Positions 37,182 through 50,252 of a stretch of 64,000 nucleotides of DNA are shown here, piece after piece. Under the pieces are notes generated by a model. That model ran no database searches. It saw only the letters and a program-made list of their open reading frames with translations, and was not told where the DNA came from. Source of the stretch: Mobula hypostoma (lineage: Eukaryota). The translations under genes were made by a program, and so were the position numbers. Where the stretch lies: the NCBI RefSeq assembly GCF_963921235.1, contig NC_086103.1:157604001-157668000 (forward strand), read 5' to 3'. The first letter of the stretch is position 1, and each line of letters begins with the position of its first letter.

Positions 37182-39117
37182 GTAATTACAACTTTTTATA
37201 CAGTTGCATTTAATATAGGACCTCAGGTGGGAGGGCCTAAGTGTAATATTGACCTGTGAACAACATTTCCTGTTGCAAAGGTCATTAAAGGCTCCCTTTA
37301 AACACTCCCTCTGCCAACTCATCCATGCCAAATGTGCTGCCCTGCAAGCTGATCCTACCTCCTGGCATTTTGGCCTGTAGCCCTCTATGCCTCTCCAAAT
37401 CTATAAACTTGGCTAAATGACTTTTAAATGTTACTAATGTGCCCAGTTACTTACTGGCACTCATTCTAAATACACACCATCCTTTTGCATGCAATCACTA
37501 TTGTTGGCAGTCCATTCCAAATGCACACCACACCTTACATGAAGAAGATGCCTTGATATCCCTTCAAAATCTCCTGCCTTTCATCTTAAACCAATGTTGC
37601 CTTGTGTTTAACTTCCCCCTCCCTTGGGGGTGGGGGGGTGGGGAGAGGAAAAAATGTGCTTTCATCTGGTCTATTCCCTTCACGGTGGTATATCCAGTAT
37701 CTCTGTTAGGCCACTATTCCCTGGAACAGGGAGACTGAGTAAAGTCCCATTCTACACAACCTATCCTTGAAACTCAGGCCCCCAAGTTCTGGCAACATCC
37801 TGGTAAATCTTTTCTGCGCTCTTTCTATTTTAAACATGTCTTTCCCTATTTCTTTTATTAAAGATACAGATAGAACAGACCCTTCAACAATCTACACTGC
37901 TCAGCAATCCATCTATTTAACACTAGCCTAACCACAGGATAATTTCTAATTACCAGTTCACCTCCTAATGGTACGTCTTTGGACTGTAGGAGGAAACCCA
38001 TATGGTTCATGAGGAGAACGTACAAACTCTCTGTAGACAGCGCTATAATTGAACGTCGAATGTTGGAGTGCACAGAGCAGTAATAATGTTGCATTAACTG
38101 CTATGCTACCATGGAACAGTGTGACCAAAACTGTCCCATTTTTGGGCCCTCACTGTTGTCTGGTATAAATGGAACATGACTTCCCAACTCTTGTACTCAG
38201 TGCCCTGACTGAAGGCCAGCGTGTCAGATGCAGCCTTTTCACCGTAACAACCTGTGATGTCACTTTAAGGGATCTATGCACTTGCTCATCTGGGTCTTTC
38301 TGTTCCACAACACTCCAGGACTCTACCATTCACTGTACAAGTCCAACTCTGGTCTGATCTACCCAAATCTAGAATGGGTAGATCATACCATTTGGCTAGG
38401 TATATGAACCAAGGATCATATACCTATCCAATGAACATCCAGTTGTACACCTGTTTTAGTATCCGCAGATTTGCAAACCTTGCCTTGCGCATCTATATCA
38501 AAGTCATGTATATAAACTACAAAAAAGTTTGTCCCTATACTACCCCCTGAGGCACACTACTAGTCATAGGCCTCCATTCCAAGAAACGGCCCTCAACCAT
38601 TGCCTCAGCATCCTAAAATTGAGTCAATCATGAATCCAATCCACTATCCCTCCTAGATCCCACATCATCTAACCTTCCAGACTAGCCTGTCATAATGGAC
38701 CTTGTCAAGGGCCTTGCTAATGTCTATATAGACAACCACCACTGCCCTACCCTCTTGAATGCCAAGAGATTTATCAGACATGCCTTTCCACACACAAATT
38801 TGTGCAGATTGTCCTGAAACAGACCCTGTCTCCAAATGTTGGTGGATCCTGTCCCTCAGAATCCCTTCAGCAATTTACCCACTGCTGCTGTCAGACTCGT
38901 CGGCTTATCGTTTTCCGGCTCTTTGCTATTTCAAACACTGGTACCATATTAAACACTCCCCAGTCCTCTGGAACCTCACCTGTAGTTAGAGATGAAGTAA
39001 AACTACAAGGGCCTGCACTTTTTCCCCCCCCCCCCCCTCGCTTCCCAGAAGGTCTGCAAATTAACCAGGTCAGGCCCTGGTAAATACCAGGTATTGTAAA
39101 TAAATACAATTTAATCA

Positions 39118-39545
39118 CAAGCACAGGAAATCCTACAGATGCTGGAAATCCAAGCAATGCACACAAAATGTTGGAGGAACTCAGCAGGCCAGGCAGTATC
39201 TATGGAAAAGAGTACAATCGATGCTTTTGCGACATTTTGGGCTGAGACTGGATGGGGGGAAAAAATGAGTAGATTTTAAAGGTGCAAACAACAGGAATTT
39301 TGCAGATGCTGGAAATTCAAGCAACACACATCAAAGTTGCTGGTGAACGCAGCAGGCCAGGCAGCATCTCTAGGAAGAGATGCAGTCGACGTTTCAGGCC
39401 GAGACCGAGGGGAGAGTGAAATGCAAAGTGATAGGTGAAACCTGAAGGGGAGGGATGAAGTAAAGAGCTGGGAAGTTGATTGGAGAAAGATACAGGGCTA
39501 GAGGAGAGGGGATCTAATAGAGGACAGAAGACATCGAAGAAAGAA
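39118..39545 (-). mobile_element. Two nested Penelope terminal-repeat fragments
   Basis: Duplicated CAGATGCTGGAAAT...CAGCAGGCCAGGCAG blocks, and half of the hammerhead motif (AGTCGACGTTTCAGGCCGAGACC) at about 39384-39406. Confidence 0.7.
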
Positions 39546-40172
39546 TGCACTTTAAAGTCTCCAAAACCACCTTCTAGTAGATGCTCCTTTCCCTACAAAC
39601 CATCTCGCCCAATCAGCCTCTGCAAGATCCTGTCTAATGGTTCCAAAATTTGCTCTGCCCCTGTCCAGGGCCTTGAGCTATGAATCTGCAATTTTCTTCT
39701 CCATAATTATTGGGTTGTTAGAGATGGTAATCTTGGAGAACTTATTAAGCAGTAAAGGCTTTTTATTGAGGTAGCAGCGTTCATTTAATAGTTTAATAGT
39801 ACACTTTGTAATTTTTATTTTCTCAAGTAGTTTTCTACTTTCTTACAAACTTTTCAACTACTTGGGTGATTTTTCTACCCATCTCCCTTCTAATTTGGGG
39901 ACGTTTTAATAATAAATAACTGTTCCGGCCCCAAGTAGGACACTACGTAAGCTACCAAAAGCTTTCTTAAGGGGAGAGTTGTGTTGTATGTCTGGGATCC
40001 CCCAATATCAAGTCTTTTAGTTTGCAACTCCAACATTTGGTGATGCCAAAAATGTACCTTTTGTTTGGCTGTGAGATGAAAGCCAATTTTTTTTTTAAAC
40101 AATTAGCCTTTATTTTGTACCATGGCAAGAATGGAGACTTGGCCTGTTGGGGGAAGGGGGAACTTTGACCTG

Positions 40173-40765
40173 CACTCAGTGGCCACTTCCATTACATGTC
40201 TCTTGCCGAATAAAGTGGCCACTAAGAATATGTTCATGGTCTTCTGCTGATATAGCCAATCCACTTCAAGGTTCAACGTGTGGTCCAGTGAGCGATGCCC
40301 TTCTGCATACCATTGTTTTAACATGTGGCTATGAGTTACTATCACCTTCCTGGTCAGCTTGAGTCAATCTGGTCATTCTCGACTGCGCCTCTTCCTATAG
40401 ATGCTGCTTGGCCTGCTGCGTTCACCAGCAACTTTGATGTATGTTCCTCTCATTAACAGTGTTTTTGACCACCGAACTGCTGCTCACTGGATTTTTTGTT
40501 TTTTTTTTCAATGCCATTCTCTGTAAACTCTAGACTGTTGTGCATGAAAGCCAAGAGATCAGCAGTTTCTGAGGTACTCAAACCACCCAGTCTGGCACCA
40601 ACAATCATCGATTTCCTGGTCAAAATCACTGAAGATCACATTTCTTCCCCTTTTTTTGGTGTTTGGTTCTGTAAAACAAACTGAATCTCTTGAAATGTTT
40701 TTGTGCATTGGCAGATTAAAGATTTGCATTAACGAACAGGTGTGCCTAATAGTGGCCACTGCGTG
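40173..40765. mobile_element. Tc1-derived non-autonomous element containing a Penelope fragment at 40381-40445
   Basis: Inverted termini CACTCAGTGGCCACTT / TAGTGGCCACTGCGTG. Sister copies at about 49106-49340 and about 60950-61406. Confidence 0.65.
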
Positions 40766-41095
40766 TCGTTATGCCAGAAATGGCAATGTCAAAGTTCATA
40801 GTTCTACTGTAATGTTCCTTGTGTACGTTTACGGTAGGTTTGCATATGTGGTGACATGTTCAGGTATATTCTGATAACTTAAAATATTTCTCACTTCAAA
40901 GTTTGTTGTTTTGAAGCCTGATTAATTTGCAATTGTGAATGCACAAGCAGATATTTTGCATCTGCAGATGGAAGATGCATGGTTTTAACTCAGTGCTGAC
41001 AATTCCTTGCATCCTGCAGATGCTGCTCAACCTGAGTTTCTCCAGCAGTTTACTTGTTGTCTCGGATCTGAATTGTTTTGACTTGTTTTCTTCAG

Positions 41096-41266
41096 GGTTG
41101 CCCAAGTGAAGATGTTTTGCAGACTCTTGAGAATTTCACTGAGAGTGTCCCTAAGGCTAAGAAGTTTGCGAGGTACTGGATCTGCCTCGCCTACCTTGAG
41201 CAACGCAAAGGATCTGTCCACAACGTGATGGCTGTTTATGAACAAGCCATTAGAACCGGAGCACAG
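41096..41266 (+). CDS. CKAP2: CKAP2 exon 6 (GCPSEDVL...AKKFARYWICLA...YEQAIRTGAQ; 171 nt)
   Basis: Highly conserved CKAP2 C-domain. Acceptor ttcag|, donor |gtattg. Confidence 0.96.
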
Positions 41267-42080
41267 GTATTGTTGTCTCTAATTCTGCAACCTGTGGTAG
41301 ACAGAACATTTCTGTAGTGAAGCTCTACAATTGCGTGCATGATTGCATTTTGTCTATCAACTGAGAAAGAGCTGAGTTATGACTGATCTATCTTGCCACT
41401 GGCCACTTTCATTCATCATTTGACATCCATCCTCAAATGTCCCTCGGAACCTGGTGATGAAATGCTCCTCTAGGTAACCATTACATTCTGCTCCATCTTT
41501 GTACAAATGTTTTGGGGAGCCAGGAAATGAGTTATTTACTCCAGAGTACCCAGTCTCTGTACCTGATCCAGGTAAGAATCGTAGAGCACTACGGCACTGA
41601 AAAAGCAGGCCCTTTGGCCCATCTAGTCCATGCCAAACTATTATTCTGGCTTGTCACATCGAGCTGCACTTGGACCATAACCCTCCGTACCCCCGTCCAG
41701 GTACTTATCCAAACTTTTAAAACATTACAATCAAATCTGTATCCACTATGTCCGCTGGCAGCTCTTTGCATACTCGCAGCTCTCTAAGTGAAGAAGTTCC
41801 CCTTAAATATTTCACCTTTCACCTTTAACCTAAGAGCTCTAGTCTCTCTAGACCGATTGGAAAAAGCCTGCATGTATTTACCCTATCTCTACACTCCACT
41901 ATTTGTATACAACACCTTCACTGGCTGTGACTGAGACTGGACTATTGGAGGGTGACTAATGAGCCTTCACTTCAGAAAAGCTGCATGGGCAAGCCAGGGT
42001 ACTATAGGTTGGTGGTGGGGAAAGTTGCTGGTTGTGATTCCAAGATCTGCATTTGAAAAGGCAAGGACTGATTAGGGTTA

Positions 42081-42978
42081 GGCAACGTCCACACTACGCC
42101 GGATAATTTTGAAAACGAAGCCTTTTCTCTTCGTTTTGACCCTCCGTCCACATTGAAACGGGGTTTTCATCCCCCGTAAAACGGAGCTTTTCTAAAACAC
42201 TCTCCAGAGTGTGTAAATTTGAAAACGATTGCGAGTTGTAATGTGGACAGGGTAAGTGGAGAGATTTTAAAACGACACCACAACAACAATGCTTTTTCTG
42301 CTTCTGTTTAGTACTGTGCAAGCACTGCTGGACGGCTGTTATAACGCGCAGTTGGTGTGAACGACATGAGTTAAATTGTAAAGTGAGCTTTTTTGACTAG
42401 ATCCCCTAAATTGATTTGATTGAGACTATCTTTATAAATATTTATGTCAGAAATACTGCGCAGGTCTGGCGGCAGAAGATCCCACTCTCTTGTTGATCTT
42501 GGGTAGAGGATGGCTTCATGTTTGTGTTTACTCTATTGTCTACGTTAATAGCTTGTTTGGAATTAAACATCTCCACATTCTCCACTGCCTTGCTGACTTT
42601 GTAGTCATTCGTAACTCGCAGAAACAGCTCGACTTCATTGTCTGTCTAAACGAAGAAGTCCGGTCTGCTTTTTCCAGCAGAGGTTTTCTTTGTATTCCTC
42701 GAAGACATTGTTGAAAACTTCCTTTCACTTGTTGTTGGTACTCTAGTTTTTGACCAATGGAAATAGCACAGCACTGCCACGGAAATGTAAATATTATACC
42801 GTTTCCTCTTCACTTGTTTTCTGTAGCTGTATCTGCGCATGCCCGGTAGGAGTAGATTCACCCAAATATCCGTTTTAGTGTGGACAGAGATATTTTGAAA
42901 AATGCATAGTGTGGACGCCTGTCGTTTTTACTCGAAACCGGTGTTTTCAAAATTATCCGATCTAGTGTGGACGTAGAC
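42081..42978 (-). mobile_element. PIF/Harbinger non-autonomous element inserted in a CR1 fragment
   Basis: Inverted termini of about 36 bp (GGCAACGTCCACACTACGCCGGATAATTTTGAAAAC) and a TTA TSD at 42078-42080 and 42979-42981. An internal Myb/SANT-like remnant FFV*TDNEVELFLRVTNDYK is on the minus strand. Confidence 0.85.
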
Positions 42979-43469
42979 TTAGTCAGCATGGATCTGTGTG
43001 CGAGGAAATGTTGCCTCACAAATTTCACTTTTCTGAAGAGGTGACCAACAGGACTGAAGATGGGGCTGAGAGTGTTGCAGAGGTGGATGTTAGCAAGGTC
43101 TGTGACCAGGTAGGCTGGTCCAGGAGGTCTAAAATGTGATTCATGTGATCTTAAATATTAATAATTTGAATAAAATTGGTGGTAAAGGGGACAGTGAAGA
43201 AGGTTGTCAAAGGTTGCAATGGGATCCAGAATGACTGGGAAGTAGATCACAGAATGGCAGATGGAATTTAACATGGACAAGTGTGAAGTGATGCATTTTG
43301 GGAAGTTAAATAGGGCAGGTTACACAGTGAATGGCGTGCCCTCAAATCTTGGTGAACAGTCGGACCGAGTGATACATACTGTAGTTCCCTGAAAGTTAAC
43401 CTAGGTCGACAAGATGGTGAAGAAGACATCAGCAGTGATTTTCTCGGGGTCATTGTATCCAGTACTCCC

Positions 43470-44030
43470 AATATGGCTCCTCTGCATTGGTGAGATCTGA
43501 CGCAAATTGGATGATTACTTTGACGAGCTCCTCTGCTCCATCTGCCAAAAGTGAAATTTCCTAGTGGCCAACCATTTTAATTCCTATCCCCATTCCCGTT
43601 CTGACATGTCAGTTCATGGCCTCCTCTTTTGCCATGATGAGGCTACTGCCAGGGTGGCAGTGTTCTGTCTAAGTAGCTTCCAACCTGATGGCATGAGCAT
43701 CGATTTCTCCTGGTAAATTTTTTTTCCTTGCCTCTTCCCTCTATTCCCCATTCTGGCCTCTTGCCGCTTTTCCTTACCTGGTATCAGCCCCCCCTGGTGG
43801 CCCTCCTTCCCTTTCTCCCGTGGTCAGCTCTCCTCTCCTGTCAGAACCCCTCTCCAGCCCCTTACTTTTCCCACACACCCGGCTTCATGCATCACCTTCT
43901 AGCTCATCTTCCCCCTTCCTTTCCAGTGCTGATGAGTGGTCTCTGCCCAAAATGTCAACTGTTTATTGATTTCTACAGATGCTGCCTGACCTGACTTCCT
44001 TCAGCATTTCATGTGTTGCTCTGGCATACA
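43470..44030 (+). mobile_element. Penelope-like 3' fragment
   Basis: LCIGEI / VANHFNS endonuclease remnant, a pyrimidine tract and a degenerate hammerhead motif at about 43924-43961. Confidence 0.75.
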
Positions 44031-44292
44031 TGCCTTCAGCAGTCTAATCATTAAAAATAGGAGTCGAGGCATTATATTACAACAAAACAAGATGGTGGCC
44101 AAACCGCAGTTAGTACTGCAGTTCTGGTTGCCATGCTATAGGAAAGGTGTGATTGAGCTAAAGAGGGCACAGAAAATATTTACTTGGATTGGGGAGGGAC
44201 TGAATAAAGTGGGATTGTTTTCTTTGCTGTGAAAGAGGCAGAGGAGAGCCAAGAAGTCTCTAAAAACAGTGAGGATAGATAGTCTAAGTGAA

Positions 44293-47200
44293 TCTGTCCA
44301 CAGGATTCCCAATGCTGAAATTAAACAGTTTAAATCGACTGACCTTAAATTCCTTTTAGAGCACCTTGTTGCATGAACTCATTGCACTATTGCAAGAGTT
44401 ATCTCAATGCAGGTTCTCTTCAACAAAGACTCAATAAGGTCGATCCTTTATTAAACTGCCAAACGATGCCGACTTCTCTCAATCCTTCACTTCGATGAAT
44501 TCTTCACTGTCCCTTCAAAACTGTCGGAATTGAGTAAATTGGCACTTCCAGCCACAAATTTCCAGTCCAAATACAATATATTGTAAGAGAACGCACCTTC
44601 AGTTTTAAAAATGAAACTGCGTCACAAAAACAAACACGCAACAGAAAGAGGCACAACACGTTCTACCTGGAAATCTACAAACTCAAAAACCCACTGTGTC
44701 ACCTGGGTCGACCCTTATATAGTCACGGGGCACATGTCATCACGTGACCTCACATTGGCGGGAAAATCACATCAGGTGACCTCCAAAAGACCATTACATC
44801 ATTCTCATAAAAAAAACAGATCGCCTTGAGCATGTGACACCTCCCTCCAAAAAAAAATATTATTTTTGGTCTCTTGAAGAACAAAAATTTAACAATTTAT
44901 ACACAAAAAATACAAAGGTATAAAATTTACAAAATACACAATATATACAAACTAATGTACAGTAGGAGTGTTATAAATGATAAAATATCAGTCCAAAAAA
45001 AACAGATTTTCATTGTACATTAACATCTAGACAAACAGTCAATGATCACATTAAACTGGATTATTAAATTGAAGTTTAATTTCCTTAACCCTTTTCCTTA
45101 ACAGTCACAGTAGCAACCTCTCTCTCATAATACGGTTTTATCATGTTTATATGACACAACTGTGTTGTCTTTCTCCTATCTGGGATTTTTACCACATAAT
45201 CCACCTCATTTACTTTAGATTTAATCTCATAAGGACCATGGAATTTTGCTTGTAATGGGTTCGTTTGCACTGGGAAAAGAACCAACACCTTATCTCCAGG
45301 CTTAAATGACCTCATCCTAGCTTCCTTATCATACCACGTCTTCATCTTCTCTTGAGCTAACTTTAAATTTTCCTTGGCCAAACTACAAGCTTTGTACAAT
45401 CTGTCTTTAAATTTCAAAACATAATCTAACAAACTAGTGTGTACTTCTTTATTAATCCACTGTTCCTTCAACAAAGCCAAAGGTCCTCAAACTCTATGTC
45501 CAAACACAAGTTCAAAAGGACTAAAACCTAATGATTCATGTACTGCCTCCCTAACTGCAAGAAGTAGTAAATGTATACCTTCCATTCCAATCCTTTTCAT
45601 TTTCTACACAATATGCCCTAATCATAGTTTTTAGTGTAGAATGAAATCTCTCCAAGGCTCCTTGTGATTCTGGATGATAGGCTGAGGAAATAATCTGCTT
45701 TGCTCCCAGTTTATAAACTATCTGCTGAAACAACCCAGACATAAAATTACTTCCTTGATCTGATTGTATTTCCTTAGGCAGCCCAAAATAATTGAAGAAT
45801 TTTATAAGAGCTTTCGTCACAGTTTTGGCTGTTATATTCCTAAGAGGTACTGCCTCTGGAAACCTAGATGCTGTGCACATAATAGTTAATAAATATTGAT
45901 GTCCAGTTTTAGTTTTTGGCAAAGAACCTACACGGTCTACAATGATTTTTGAAAACGGCTCACCAAATACAGGAATTGGTTGCAGTGGGGCCACTGGAGT
46001 AACCTGATTAGGTTTACCAACAATTTGACACGTACGACACGTTCTACAAAATGTCACCACATCTCGTCTTAAACTAGGCCAATAAAAATGTTTAGAAACT
46101 TTGTTCATAGTTTTCTTTACCCCTAAATGACCACCCAAAGGAATACTATGAGCCATAGTCAAAATCTCATTTCGGTAAATTTTAGGAACAACAACCTGAT
46201 GATTAACTTCCCATTCCTCACTAGCAGGAATTGTAGGTGATCTCCACTTTCTCATTAATACCCCCTTTCCAAAATAATATCCAACTGGTACTTTTCCAAT
46301 TTCATTATCTGGAAGAGCTTGTTCTTTTAATTTAACTATCTCAGGATCCCTACCCTGCTCTGCTATCATCTCCTTCCGAGATAAAGACCGATCTTCCTGA
46401 TCAGACTTGCCACCAAAATCCTGATCAAATAAGGTAGGTAAGAAAGTTTCTGATACATCCTCAAAATTCAAATCTTGATTTGAACTGTCATGGGTAACAA
46501 CCACATCCTTTACATCAGTCTTTTTAGCCATAGTTCTTGTTACAACACAGGAAGAATCTGTGTTCCTCTGTGGTTCCTCAGAATTTGAATTTATTGTCAA
46601 ATGCACTTCAGGAAAAACTTGTCCACCCGCTAAATCATTCCTTAACAAAAGAGAAACATCATTCACAGGTAAACTGGATTGTAGTCCTACTTTAACAACC
46701 CCTGTAACTAATCCTGACCTTAAATTTACTCTATGTAAATGTACTGGCATAAGGGCACCCCCTACTCCTCTTATATAATTTACCTCACCAATGTCAGACT
46801 CATCACTAAACACTATCTAATATTAGTGATTCTGAAGCTCCAGTATCTCTAAGTATCCTTATCGGTACTGCATTGGATCCTTCTTTCAAGGATACAAATC
46901 CTTCTGTTATAAAAAGCCTCATATCCCTTCTTAACTTGGTCAGACTCTGGCACATCTTCATTAATATTTTCTAAACCCTGTGGTTTTACAGGTTTTCCAA
47001 TATGCTGCACACAAGCATCTGGGGCCACTTCTTTCTCTTTCCGTTTCAATCGAAAGTAATTAGCCACTACATGTCCAGGTTTCTTACAATAATTACAAAT
47101 AATACCAAAATGTCTTTCCTTCACATGTCTCCCTTCATCCTTTTCTCACTAGCTTCAAATTTAATGTCTGATTTACCTTGACTCTCTGTGCTAGTTTTCC

Positions 47201-49105
47201 TTTTAAAAAAAATTTACCTGGAGAAAATTTATTCTTGTGAATTAAAACATACTCATCAGCCAATTTAGCAATCTCCTGCAATGTAGCAGTGTCCTGTTCA
47301 TTTAAGTATGTTCTCACTTCAACAGGAAAGCTTCTTTTAAATTCCTCCTGCAAAATCAGCTCTTTCGATTTATTATACTCCCCATTCACATTTTTAGAGG
47401 AAACCCATCTCTCAAAACACACAGATTTCTCATAAGCAAATTCCACATGTTTTTTCCACCGATTTCTTTAAACTTCTAAATCTTTCTCTATACGCTTCTG
47501 GAACCATCTCGTATGCTTTTAATATATTCTCTTTAACAATATCATAATCCAGTGCTTGCTCAGCATTTAAAGCTGTATAAACTTGTTGTGCCTTGCCTTT
47601 AATTACACTTTGTAACATCACTGGCCATTGGCCCTTTGGCCACTTTAAACTCCGAGCAACTGTTTCAAAATGCTGAAAGTATGCATCCACATCAGCTTCA
47701 TTAAATGGAGGAGCCAAAACAACCTCACGACTAGCAATAAATTGTTTTGTAGAACCAGAAGACTGATTCCCAGACCTTATTTTCTCCATCTCTAGCTCAA
47801 ATTTCCTCTGGTTTTCAGCTTCTCTTTCTCTCATTTCCACTTTAAATCTTTCAAACTAACTGTTCAAGATGCAACTGCATTTCCAGATTACTCATTGGAA
47901 ACTTCTCTAACACCTCCTCCCCAAAATATTCCAAATTAATATAATATTCAGCAATTTTCCTTTGTATGAAAGCCATGGTAGAATTTCTGGTAATTCCTTT
48001 AATATACAACTTCTTAGCAATCTCCAATACCACAGGTTTTCTCGCATTCTCTTAAAAATCCCGAGTCAGGCATCTTCAAAAACTCGTCAATATCCATTGT
48101 TGCCGAATACAACACACACACCAATCAAACCAAAAAAAAAATTGGGTATTCCCTTTTACCAAATCAAAATGGCAATTGCCAGCACTTAAACTCAAAATCG
48201 GAACAGTTCCCGGATGAGCCCCCATAAAATTATGTTATGTAAGTGGCAGCAATGAATATTAATCGAGACAGGTTTTATGAAAACAACCAAACATTTATTA
48301 AACACATATAAGCAATAAGGGGAAAAAAAACAAAGGGAAACTTTAACCGGAGCTTAAACAGGTACGCAGCCGTTCATCAACTCCACTCGGCTCTGGTTCT
48401 TAAAGTGTTAAATGCGAAAACAGTTCTTAAAGCAATACAGTCAGATATAGTTCTTAAAGCAATAACTTCAAAAGTCCAACAGATTTACACATTCAGTTGG
48501 GAGAGACTTCTCTGGAGAAGGATTTCTTCACCGACGCACCTTTACTGCCGGTTCTGTCCACAGGATTCCCGATGCCAAAATTAAACAGTTTAAATCGACT
48601 GACCTTAAATTCCTTTTAGAGACAGCACCTTGTTGCATGAACTCATTGGGCTATTGCAAGAGTTATCTCAATGCAGGTTCTCTTCAACAAAGACTCAATA
48701 AGGTCGATCCTTTATTAAACTGCCAAACGATGCCGACTTCTCTCGATCCTTCACTTCGATGAATTCTTCACTCTCCCTTCAAAACTGTCGGAATTGAGTA
48801 AATTGGTACTTCCAGCCACAAATTTCCAATCCAAATGCAATATCTTGTAAGAGACCGCACCTTCCGTTTTAAAAATGAAACTGCGTCACAAAAACAAACA
48901 TGCAACAGAAACAGAGGCACAACACGTTCTACCTGGAAATCTACAAACTCAAAAACCCACTGTGTCACCAAAGTCGACCCTTATATAGTCACGGGGCACA
49001 TGTCATCACGTGACCTCACATCGGCGGGAATATCACATCAGGTGACCTCCAAAAGACCATTACATCATTCTCACAAAAAAAACAGATCGCCTTGAGCATG
49101 TGACA
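44293..49105 (-). mobile_element. Gmr1-like Ty3/Gypsy LTR retrotransposon, internally deleted, 3' LTR truncated
   Basis: 5' LTR 48233-49105 (TG..CA). The 3' LTR 44293-44839 matches 48553-49105. PBS TGGGGGCTCATCCGGGA at 48208-48224 (tRNA-Pro type) and PPT GGAGGGAGG at 44840-44848. Confidence 0.92.
45020..48097 (-). pseudogene. Frameshifted gag-protease-integrase of the LTR element
   Basis: Gag (AYEMVPEAYRERFR), Zn knuckle (CNYCKKPGH), protease (LRDTGAS, about 46835-46855), integrase HHCC, SDQGSNF, HPESQGALER and GPY. Only a terminal NVIIDCLSRC* remnant of RNase H is left. Confidence 0.9.
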
Positions 49106-49634
49106 CTTTTCAGCTGAGCTCTTGGTTTTCATGCACAACAGTTTTAGAATTTACTGGGTGGTGCAAAAAAACAAAACAATCCAGTGAGTGTCAGTTCTGT
49201 GGGCAAAAGTGCCTTGTTCATAAGAGGTCAGACTGATTCAAGGTGACAGTAACTCAAATAACCATTATGAAGAGCATCTCTGAATGGACAGCATGTCAAT
49301 CCTTGAAGCGGATGGGCTAAAGCAGAAGAGCACCAACATGGAAATGCACTCCGTGTATTTCTGAGTATACTTGTATATTTATAATTGACAAAACAGGCAT
49401 CATTAAGATTTTCCCGAGCCCCCCCCTCACTAAAATTAAAACCAATCATCTTTTGCCCTTACTACAATGTCACTGGCCAACAAACTGCAGAGTAAAGCAC
49501 ATTGTGAACACCACCTGGTCCATTCCTTTGCAGAGATATTGCTGAGACAGGTCTGACCTGAGAATGTAACTGGAATTTCTGGTACCATGAGAATTGTACT
49601 GGTGATTTTTACGCCACTCTTATTTTTCATTCAG

Positions 49635-49707
49635 CCGGCAGAAGAACTGCGTAATACGCTGGCAGACATTTTGAGAAACACGAAGACTCCGAAGAAACCA
49701 TGTGATG
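49635..49707 (+). CDS. CKAP2: CKAP2 exon 7 (PAEELRNTLADILRNTKTPKKPCD; 73 nt)
   Basis: Equivalent of the conserved PIEEMRHTIVDIL segment. Acceptor ttcag|, donor |gtgagt. Confidence 0.93.
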
Positions 49708-50252
49708 GTGAGTTAATATTTAGTGCAAGTGTACATTCTGGCTGAACGGGCAGCGCATCACCAGCGTGCATAGGAGGCTCACATCTCCTAACTCACCAGG
49801 ATATCCACATCGTTCTCTAAATGAATAATTTAAACAATGGGGCAGTCTTGACTTTTGTTTTCACTCCTCCTGCATATAAATCTTCAATATTTATCACTTT
49901 TTCTGTTGCTAACCCAAATATTTCCATCCTGGAATTAATGCGTAGATTTGCCTGAAATGTCTGCTCACTTGCTCCCTTTCAATTTGTACTTTACCGTCCT
50001 CATTTTGCTTATTTTTGATAATTCATTATTTTAAAGGTTTCCTTAAAATCAAAGTACTAAGCAGAAGCTTAGTACAAGCAAGGTACCTAGTTGCATCAAG
50101 TACAATTTGGGCACTGATTGCATTTAATAACACTAATACAATCTGTTAACCGTATAGATAAGTCAAAGTCCAGTTACAGTCGATCTAAAAATGAATATAA
50201 TTTTGATTATAGCAGCAATATTCTGGTGAAGGCAAGTGTTTTAATATTTTTG

